DNA of 64,000 nt from an uncultured delta proteobacterium (GTDB lineage: Bacteria; Desulfobacterota; RBG-13-43-22), in assembly GCA_963790475.1 (NCBI GenBank), contig CAWBOS010000011.1, positions 192,001 through 256,000 on the forward strand. Reading direction: 5' to 3'. The position numbers and the translations under genes were made by a program. A model generated the notes under the pieces. It was not told where the DNA came from. It was given only the letters and a program-made list of their open reading frames with translations, and made no database searches. Below, in pieces: positions 56,591 through 64,000 of the stretch. Positions within the stretch are counted from its first letter, which is position 1; each line of letters begins with the position of its first letter.

Positions 56591-58027
56591 CTACGCGTCC
56601 TTTTTAATTAATTTATCGGGGTCCATCAATATCGTGCAGGTTACATGAGACCCAACACCGGCATGGCTGATGGCCAGTGCCCGCTTGGCGCCCTTGACCT
56701 GCAGGTCGGTCCAGTCCGCAGGTTTCTGACGATTAAACTCCTTCCATCTCTTCTCATCGCCGTGGATCTCCCCCCAACGGTTCCAGAGGTGGCAGGCGAT
56801 CTCGAAGACTTGCATGATACCCGTCGCGCCGACTGCGTGCATGCAGCCGATGAGCCCGCCGGAAAGGTTGGATGGAAGCTTGCCCGGTTTTCCGGTTTTC
56901 GGGTTCGTGTGATAACAGTCGCCCGACTCGACGTAGTCCCGACCGTAGCCGTAGGGCCTGAGACCGATGTCCTCATAGGTCTGCATGTCGCTGATGGTGA
57001 AGGCGTCATGGAGCTCGATCACGTCCAGGTCTTCCGTCGGATCTTTAATGCCGACCTGATTATAGGCGTAATAGGCTGCCATACGGGCTGCGAGGAAACC
57101 GGTGAAACCGGGATAGCGCTCGCCGCCGGGAAACTTCTTGCCCAGATCCTTATATTGATCCGCCGTCTCGTTAGGCAGGAGGGGGATTTCCATGTCTCGC
57201 CGGTCTGCCGCCCGCAGGGTATGCGAGCCCGCGGTAACCCACATCCGCAGAGGCTTGTTGGGCGTATTCTTGGTCAGTTTCATCGCCGTTGCCTCATCGC
57301 AGATGATCGTACAGGCGACGCCGACACTCATGAGGCAGCAGTCCAGGGTACGCAGGGGGTAGGCCACAATCGGTGATTTCAACACGTCTTCCACGGTGAT
57401 CTTCATCGGCGCCTGGGCGTAAGGGTTCATGCGCGCGTATCCGTGGTGCTTCACGGCAATCTCCGCCATGGTCCTCCGGAATGAGTCCTCTTCCTTACCG
57501 AAGACCTTCCAGTATTTCTGGGCCATGACCGCGTAATATCCGGCATAGATATGGCCCAGGGGCCCTTCCCAGTCCTTGTCAGCCGCACAGGAAATATAAA
57601 AGTTACCTTCATCGGTGGGGACCTCGTCCATCCGCTCCCAGCCCATGGCCAGGCAGCAATTGGAGTATCCGGAGGCGACCGCCTTCAAAGCTTCCCACAT
57701 GGTCGTTCCGCCGGTGGCCCCGCCGGTCTTGACCCCGCAGTTGCCAAGCGGGTCGAGCCCAAGCCGGTCATGGATCAAGGCTTCGCCCAGGAGCTGATCA
57801 CCGAAGTGGTCGGCAAAGTGTCCGTAGTAGCAGGTGTGGATGTAGCTCTTCAACTCGGCGGGGGTCATGTTGATCAACTCCGCCGCCTGGGTCAGGGCGT
57901 CGATAGCGAGTTCCTCGGTCCGCTTGTCCGGAAAAGCCCGGTCGAATTTCGACTGGCCGGCGGTTACCAGGTAGACCGGCCTCATCAGTTTTGGAATTGC
58001 TAATTGTTTGTCGCTGAATTTAATCAT
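56591..58027 (-). CDS. SCP2-type thiolase family protein
   Basis: ELHDAFT, NLSGGL..HAVGATG, LAISHAG; GGATGG in place of the catalytic Cys region. Confidence 0.88.
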   Translation of the reverse strand: MIKFSDKQLAIPKLMRPVYLVTAGQSKFDRAFPDKRTEELAIDALTQAAELINMTPAELKSYIHTCYYGHFADHFGDQLLGEALIHDRLGLDPLGNCGVKTGGATGGTTMWEALKAVASGYSNCCLAMGWERMDEVPTDEGNFYISCAADKDWEGPLGHIYAGYYAVMAQKYWKVFGKEEDSFRRTMAEIAVKHHGYARMNPYAQAPMKITVEDVLKSPIVAYPLRTLDCCLMSVGVACTIICDEATAMKLTKNTPNKPLRMWVTAGSHTLRAADRRDMEIPLLPNETADQYKDLGKKFPGGERYPGFTGFLAARMAAYYAYNQVGIKDPTEDLDVIELHDAFTISDMQTYEDIGLRPYGYGRDYVESGDCYHTNPKTGKPGKLPSNLSGGLIGCMHAVGATGIMQVFEIACHLWNRWGEIHGDEKRWKEFNRQKPADWTDLQVKGAKRALAISHAGVGSHVTCTILMDPDKLIKKDA

Positions 58028-58194
58028 AGATCAATTACCTCTTCTTTCTAGTTTCTACTTTTTATCGTTTTATTTGTCTCTTCTTGCCATTTTGCCTACT
58101 ACGGCCTTCCTTGCTCTTCTTCCATACCGCCGGCCACCATAAAAACCCTTCGATTCCATTTGGGAGCCCGCAAATTTCCTTTCTAAAAATGTTA

Positions 58195-58809
58195 TCATCC
58201 CTGATTCTCCTTTTCAATTTTTAGTTGACTAATATAAAATTTAAGTTGACTAATGGTTTGCTTCCATATGTCCGGATCTCTTCCAGCTGAATAGAGTGTA
58301 ACGGCCCCATTAATGGAAATCACGATGAAATCGGCGATTTCCTTAAAGTTAAGTCCTTTTTTCACCAGACCCTTTTTATCCGCCTCCTCCAGCCAGGAGT
58401 GAAACAACCGGGAAAAACGGATAAATCCCCGGAGGACCTTTTTACTCATGGGGGCTGATTGCCCCGAAAGCTCAACCAGCATATTAGCAAAAAAACACCC
58501 CCCCTCGAAAACATCGGCTCCCAGATAGTTTTTCAAGGCGTTTTCAATGGTTTTTTCTATGCGTTTAAGGGGATCGGCGGTCTTTCTGACATCCTTGAAC
58601 ACAATGCCTCTCCAAATCATTACGGCCTCTTCATAAACGGCATTCCAGATGGCTTCCTTGCTCCGGAAATGACCGTAGAGTCCTCCCTTAGTTAGATGGG
58701 TGGCCTCCAAGATATTGCAAATGGAGGTATTGAAATATCCTTTAACGGAAAAGAGCTGCAGAGATTTATTTACAATCTGTTGGCGGGTTTGGATTCCTTT
58801 GGTTCCCAT
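58195..58809 (-). CDS. TetR/AcrR family regulator
   Basis: LFSVKGY..TS..TKGGLYGHFRSKE, GGCFF. Confidence 0.92.
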   Translation of the reverse strand: MGTKGIQTRQQIVNKSLQLFSVKGYFNTSICNILEATHLTKGGLYGHFRSKEAIWNAVYEEAVMIWRGIVFKDVRKTADPLKRIEKTIENALKNYLGADVFEGGCFFANMLVELSGQSAPMSKKVLRGFIRFSRLFHSWLEEADKKGLVKKGLNFKEIADFIVISINGAVTLYSAGRDPDIWKQTISQLKFYISQLKIEKENQG

Positions 58810-59189
58810 ATTCAATTGATCTCCTCAATAAAAAGCAGAACGGTTGGTATATTTTTGCATAGGAAGAAAATTTGTCAAGAAAAAATCGGCCTCAGGAATT
58901 TAATGAAAGTATAAATCGTAATTCGGAAGGATAACCAAATAAAATGGACCCGTCCAAGCCTACTCCCTGATAGACCAGGTTCATGAGTTGCTCATCCATA
59001 TGGTTAAACTTTCCCTAATTTCTATAGGAAGGATTAGGAGAATAATTTGACAGAAGGGGTTTTGTTATAAGATAATTGCTCAAGGGATCAATGGGGTAAT
59101 CGCCGAGCAATGAGGCCGGTACAGGTGAAAGCGGTATCTGCTCAAGGCGAGAGGTTTATTAATCCACATCCAAAAGGAGGAGGAAACCC

Positions 59190-60410
59190 ATGAGAAGCAA
59201 ACGAATTATTAGTTTTTTGTGCCTTGTTTTAGGTCTTTTTTTGATTAACGGCCCGGCCTTTGGCAAAGGCCAATACGGCCCCGGGGCAAGCGACACCGAA
59301 ATCAAAATCGGTAACACGATGGCCTACAGCGGCCCGGCCTCGGCCTATGCAACCATCGCTAAAGCGGAAGGGGCTTATTTCAAAATGATTAACGACCAAG
59401 GCGGGATCAACGGGCGGAAAATCATTTTTCTCAGCTATGATGACGCCTACAGCCCTCCCAAATGTGTGGAACAGGTGCGCCGACTTGTGGAGCAGGATCA
59501 GGTCCTATTATTGTTTCAGGTTTTAGGCACCGCTAATAACAAGGCCATTTGGAATTATTGTAACATGAAAAAGGTGCCCCAACTATTTGTGGGTTCCGGG
59601 GCCACTATGTGGGCGGATCCCAAGGGGCACCCCTGGACCATAGGTTCACAGCCCGACTACCAGAGTGAAGGACTCATCTATGCCAAGTACATCCTTGAGC
59701 ATCTGCCCAAGGCCAAGATAGGAATTTTATATCAGAACGATGATTTCGGAAAGGACTTGAGGAAAGGCATATTGGACGGCCTGGGCAGCAAGGCGAAAAG
59801 TTTAATTGTTGCCGAACAGTCTTATGAAGTTTCTGATCCCACCGTGGATTCACAAATTGTCAATTTAAAAAACAGCGGGGCCAATGTCTTTCTCAATTTT
59901 ACCACCCCCAAGTTTGCCGCCATGGCCATCAAAAAGGCCTATGAAATCGGCTGGAAACAGGTCCAATTCATCGCGCGGGTATCCAACTCTGAGGGTTCGG
60001 TGCTGAAACCGGCCGGGCTTGAGGCCTCTGAAGGCGCCTTGTCCCTCTTCTATCTGAAAGACCCGGACGACCCCGAGTGGAAAAATGATCCGGCCATTAA
60101 AGAATGGCAGGCTTGGATGAAGAAATACTACCCCGAGGGAAACATTCACGATATTTTCAATGTTTTTGGTGTCACTCAAGCCCAGGCCATGGTCCAGGTC
60201 CTCAAACAGTGTGGCGATGACCTGACCAGAGAAAATGTCATGAGACAGGTGGCCAATCTCAAAAACCTGGCGTTGCCCCTGTTTCTGCCGGGGATAAAGA
60301 TCAATACCAGCCCGACGGACTTTACCGTTTTTAAGCAAATGCAGTTTGGTAAATTTAATGGGCAGCGGTGGGTATTATTCGGCAGAATACTTGAGACCTC
60401 ATCGAGATAG
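59190..60410 (+). CDS. Branched-chain amino acid-type ABC substrate-binding protein (orphan)
   Basis: EIKIG..YSGPAS, GGINGRKI..DDAYSP, YQNDDFG. Confidence 0.9.
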   Translation: MRSKRIISFLCLVLGLFLINGPAFGKGQYGPGASDTEIKIGNTMAYSGPASAYATIAKAEGAYFKMINDQGGINGRKIIFLSYDDAYSPPKCVEQVRRLVEQDQVLLLFQVLGTANNKAIWNYCNMKKVPQLFVGSGATMWADPKGHPWTIGSQPDYQSEGLIYAKYILEHLPKAKIGILYQNDDFGKDLRKGILDGLGSKAKSLIVAEQSYEVSDPTVDSQIVNLKNSGANVFLNFTTPKFAAMAIKKAYEIGWKQVQFIARVSNSEGSVLKPAGLEASEGALSLFYLKDPDDPEWKNDPAIKEWQAWMKKYYPEGNIHDIFNVFGVTQAQAMVQVLKQCGDDLTRENVMRQVANLKNLALPLFLPGIKINTSPTDFTVFKQMQFGKFNGQRWVLFGRILETSSR

Positions 60411-60744
60411 CTTAAAGGCGCGGGCCATTATTTGGCCCGCTATCATTTCTAAAGAATATGAGTGAAGGTGAATGAAATTCTGGATTCACAAAAAGATGAG
60501 GAAGAGAAAGAGGAAGGGAGACTTAAGCGGAAAAATTTTATAACAAGAAGTGTTAGAAACGACCAAAAATGTAACTTGTTTTCCTTCCCTTTTCCGGCTC
60601 ATGCGTTGGGGTAACAGGTTAACAGGTAATGAGTTATAACAAAATAGGTGAAGTCCTCTCCCATTTAGAATCTACCAGCTCTTCTCATACCTCCTGCAAA
60701 TAGAACCTATCCGGGCTAATCTTGTCCATCTTGCGGAGGTCAAA

Positions 60745-60972
60745 ATGAAAAGACCAATTCTCCTTTTTTATCTTTTTACGGTTCTTGTTTTATTGCTCAT
60801 CCCTTCTTTGTATATTCCCTAAACCTGACCTTTAACAATACCCCCACCCAAGTCTATTTCAGCCCTAACGGGGGATGCACTGAGGTTGTTATTCGGGAGA
60901 TCGACCGAGCCAAGTCAGAAATCGTAGTCCAAGCCTACTCCTTCACCTCCCAGCCAATAGCCAAGGCCCTAC
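60745..60972 (+). pseudogene. 5' fragment of a phospholipase D-family (Nuc-like) endonuclease
   Basis: VYFSPNGGCT..IDRAKSEIVVQAYSFTSQPIAKAL, truncated before the HKD motif. Confidence 0.8.
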
Positions 60973-60979
60973 GAGCGCC

Positions 60980-61218
60980 GACGACCGCCTGGCTGATGGC
61001 ATTATGCAGGTCCGCCGGGTCCTCGTCCAGGTCAGGCCCGGTTATGACGGGGTTTACGGGCAGGTAAAAATATTCAAAAATGATGTTCCCCCTCCCAAAC
61101 CTTCCTGTTAACTAAATCTTTTTTAGCCGCATTACTTACCAGAGCCTTTCAAAATCCCTTCAATCCCCGGAGATCCTATCTTTCAATGGTCCTAGTTCCG
61201 CCCTCCCATGTTCTTTCC
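60980..61218 (+). repeat. Right copy of the diverged direct repeat (displaced endoQ 3' end)
   Basis: Encodes DDRLADGIMQVRRVLVQVRPGYDGVYGQVKIFK; TAA replaces CAA near the end. Confidence 0.9.
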
Positions 61219-61649
61219 TGTGTAATAGTTTTCTCTTAACGATGAATGCTCAACGCCAAACCTTCTTCCTCTCTTTCCCCTCTTTTCTTTTTTAGTAAAC
61301 TTTCTGGCCAACTGAAGGGTTTAGGTGAAAACTGAGCAGATATCCTTTTTTTGAATAAATAAGCATTCGGCCCTTTTAGCTGTTTTAACAAGTTTATTTT
61401 ATGCGTCAATTTGTAAGATCAAAATTCAAAAATAGACTTGAGCCTTTCACAGAAGTAAAACCCAACCCCTTTATAGGAAACTTATCGCGCTTTTGTAAAA
61501 AGAAATACTCAATAAGAGAAAAGGGAGAGCCAATAAGAATAATTCAAGGAGCAAAACCGGAAGGGAGATTGTCTAATCAACTACCTATCAGATGTATAAC
61601 ATAATAAAATAATTGTATATATTTACAAATTATTTGGAAAACAACCGAA

Positions 61650-61665
61650 TGGCATAAAGATTGCT
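61650..61665 (+). promoter_or_regulatory. Sigma-54 (-24/-12) promoter
   Basis: TGGCAT-AAAGA-TTGCT preceded by an AT-rich tract. Confidence 0.75.
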
Positions 61666-61976
61666 TTATCAACTAACTTGTTTGTTTGATATTTTTTAGG
61701 TCTTAAGCTTTCTTCCCTTTAAATACCCTTCACTCATATTTTGTGAAGTTAACATTTCTTTGCTTGTTGATATAGGTTTCCGGGCCTTATTGCCGATTGA
61801 AGTGATAGCTTAGCAAACATTTCTTTTTTTGAAAGAATAAGTATTAAATTTTTGTTGTTTTGATTAGTAAGTTTTCCCAGGGCTGGAGCAAAAGCAGGAA
61901 AATTCTATTAATCCTGATGGACAGATTTTTCTTCAGTTCAAGCAATTTAAATTTATTTTTTTTAAAGCGAGGTCCT

Positions 61977-64000
61977 ATGAAACTGTCTCGAAAATTGCCC
62001 GTCCTAATATTCATTTCCTTATCTTTCCTTCTCATCCTCGGCTACGTATCTTCCACAGCGGAAGATACAGAAATTTCCATCGAGGGAGATCCACGCAGCC
62101 TGGCCATCAATCCTACCACGAATCAGGCCTTGGTAGGCAGCGTTAAGCCTAATGAGATTTCGCTGGTGGATCTGGACACGGAACAGGTCATTTCCACTAT
62201 CGGGGTCGGGAAAAAACCTTTGGGAGTGGCCGTGGATTTAAGCAGAAACCTCGCCCTGGTCGTCCAAAAACCCAGCCATACCTTGTCGATTGTCAGCTTG
62301 GACACCCACCAAGTCCTGGCCAATATATCCGTTGGGAAGTCTCCCTCCAGTGTGGCTGTTTATGAAAGGGATAGCGGCCCCCATCTGGGCCTTACCGCCA
62401 ATTATAAGGATAATACGGTTTCGGTGGTCGATTTAAAACAGTTTATTGTCCTCCAAACGATCCCGGTGGGCCAGGGACCAAGGGATTTGGCCGTCGATTC
62501 CAATCTCGGTCTGGCCCTGGTGGTCAATGAAAAAGATGATACGGTATCGGGTATAGACCTGGGAAGCTTTCAGGTTACCTGGATGATTCCGTTGGGAAAC
62601 AAGCCCCGGGCAGTCAGCATCAATTCGGAGACCCATCTGGCCGCCACAGCCAATACCAAAGGGAACTCTATTTCCATCATCAACCTGACTCAGTGGCAGA
62701 CCCAGACGATCCCAGTGGATAAAAACCCAGTGGACCTGACCATGAATCCCTTAGACAATACGGTCCTGGTGGCTTGTGATAAAACCCAAAGCCTTCTTCG
62801 GATAGATTTGAATACCAACACGGCCCTTCAGGAGTATCCCTTGAACAAGAGAACTCGGGGGTTGGCCGTCAATCCCTTTACCAATATAGCCGCTGTGGTG
62901 GATGGTCAAACAGACAGCCTGACCCTGATTCAGCTTCCCAATCCTGTGCCGGTAATTGATGCAATCAATCCCACGACTGTTGCCAGAGGCAGTCTTGGGA
63001 CCACGCTGACGATTCAGGGTTCGGGTTTTCTTAAGACCTCGTCCGTATCTGTCCACCCTTCTCCGGATTTATTGCCGGTCACCTTTATCGACAATCATCA
63101 TCTGAGCATCACAATTCCCCAGGGATTCCTGGCCAAAGCCGGGACCTGGCAGGTTGTCGTTGCCAATCCTATCCCGGAAGGGGGTGTTTCCAATTCCGCA
63201 GTCCTTACCGTAATAAATCCGGTCCCGGCCATAACCACCATTGATCCTGCTTCCACTCCGGCGGGTGGCCAAGGATTGACCCTCACGGTTTACGGCACCG
63301 GCTTCTTTCCGGACACAAGTGTTTCGGTCAATGGGGCAATCAGACCCAGCACCTATATCAGCGGAACAGAGCTTCAGGTAACCCTTGCATCAACGGATAT
63401 AGCCTCTGGTGGCATCCTTTCGATCGCCGCCTCAAACTTGGCACCGGGTGGAGGGATATCGAACCCCATGTCCTTAACGGTCATGAACCCTGTACCGATT
63501 CTTTCTTCAATAGATCCGAATTCCATCAAGGCCGGCAGCCCTGGTTTTACCTTGAACTTGGCTGGCAGTAACTTTGTCACCGGCTCATCCATCCTGTTCA
63601 ACAACACATCGGTAACGGTCACCTATGTGGACAGCGCTCACCTTACGGCCTTCGTCCCGGCAACAGCCGTTGCCGCAAAAGGAACTTATCCGGTGGTGGT
63701 CACCAATCCTGGACCGGGAGGAGGGGCTTCCGGGTCCATCGATTTTACCGTAACCCCTTCTTCCAACGTCACCCCTTTGCCGGAAGGGGCCTATGGGAAG
63801 CAGTATGAAGACCTCTTCCCTTCTGATGCCACTATTCCCGGCTATGACCCCAAACGATTCTCCTTGATCACCGGGCTGGTCAATGATGCCACCGATAATC
63901 CATTGTCCAATGTGGTAGTAGGCATCCACAGCCATCCGGAATATGGAACGGCCCAGACCGATCCTGCGGGTAGGTTTTCCATCCCCTTGGACGGAGGGGG
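61977..64000 (+). CDS. Large secreted protein: YVTN beta-propeller + 3 IPT/TIG + teneurin TTR-like domain (runs off the window)
   Basis: GAGG RBS, signal peptide, about 7 xIxVGxxPxxxAV blades, three NPVPxIxxIxP..LTxxGxxF IPT domains, then YDPKRFSLITGLV..HPEYGTAQTD..GRFSIPLDGG; at least 674 codons with no stop. Confidence 0.85.
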   Translation, partial: MKLSRKLPVLIFISLSFLLILGYVSSTAEDTEISIEGDPRSLAINPTTNQALVGSVKPNEISLVDLDTEQVISTIGVGKKPLGVAVDLSRNLALVVQKPSHTLSIVSLDTHQVLANISVGKSPSSVAVYERDSGPHLGLTANYKDNTVSVVDLKQFIVLQTIPVGQGPRDLAVDSNLGLALVVNEKDDTVSGIDLGSFQVTWMIPLGNKPRAVSINSETHLAATANTKGNSISIINLTQWQTQTIPVDKNPVDLTMNPLDNTVLVACDKTQSLLRIDLNTNTALQEYPLNKRTRGLAVNPFTNIAAVVDGQTDSLTLIQLPNPVPVIDAINPTTVARGSLGTTLTIQGSGFLKTSSVSVHPSPDLLPVTFIDNHHLSITIPQGFLAKAGTWQVVVANPIPEGGVSNSAVLTVINPVPAITTIDPASTPAGGQGLTLTVYGTGFFPDTSVSVNGAIRPSTYISGTELQVTLASTDIASGGILSIAASNLAPGGGISNPMSLTVMNPVPILSSIDPNSIKAGSPGFTLNLAGSNFVTGSSILFNNTSVTVTYVDSAHLTAFVPATAVAAKGTYPVVVTNPGPGGGASGSIDFTVTPSSNVTPLPEGAYGKQYEDLFPSDATIPGYDPKRFSLITGLVNDATDNPLSNVVVGIHSHPEYGTAQTDPAGRFSIPLDGG

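Noticed and set aside
61401-61604. 67-aa ORF upstream of the sigma-54 promoter (likewise 23037-23363)
   Set aside because: AT-rich regulatory DNA with no RBS or protein motif

Overview
A 64-kb chromosomal window from an anaerobic, Desulfobacterota-like (deltaproteobacterial) bacterium; the taxonomy is inferred from gene content and repeat families. Housekeeping genes (GldAFG-like ABC exporter, dnaJ, glgP, bS22, thiD-thiC, birA, purD-purE fusion, endonuclease Q) are mixed with accessory patches. These include acyl-CoA and amide catabolic enzymes, an L,D-transpeptidase/Lpp/L,D-transpeptidase envelope module, IS1182 and IS1380 elements, mgtA, an ECF metal-stress module and a thiolase/DUF35 pair. 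Several core genes carry single-base frameshifts that look like long-read errors, and there are also many genuine-looking gene stumps and deletion junctions. Best leads: (1) a giant secreted protein starting at 61977, absent from the ORF track, behind a sigma-54 promoter, whose last visible domain resembles the teneurin TTR domain (bacterial teneurin-like/YD toxin); (2) a Cys6-domain IS200-TnpA derivative lacking the catalytic Tyr helix, bracketed by two diverged copies of a short restriction-modification-like gene tail; (3) a ~240-bp diverged duplication of the endonuclease Q 3' end bracketing a 10.3-kb integrase-less island; (4) an apparent capture of a sigma-54 promoter plus enhancer by the Lpp/LDT operon, whose Lpp is lengthened by 21-nt tandem repeats. 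No CRISPR array, tRNA or rRNA was seen. All calls are by eye, without database searches.
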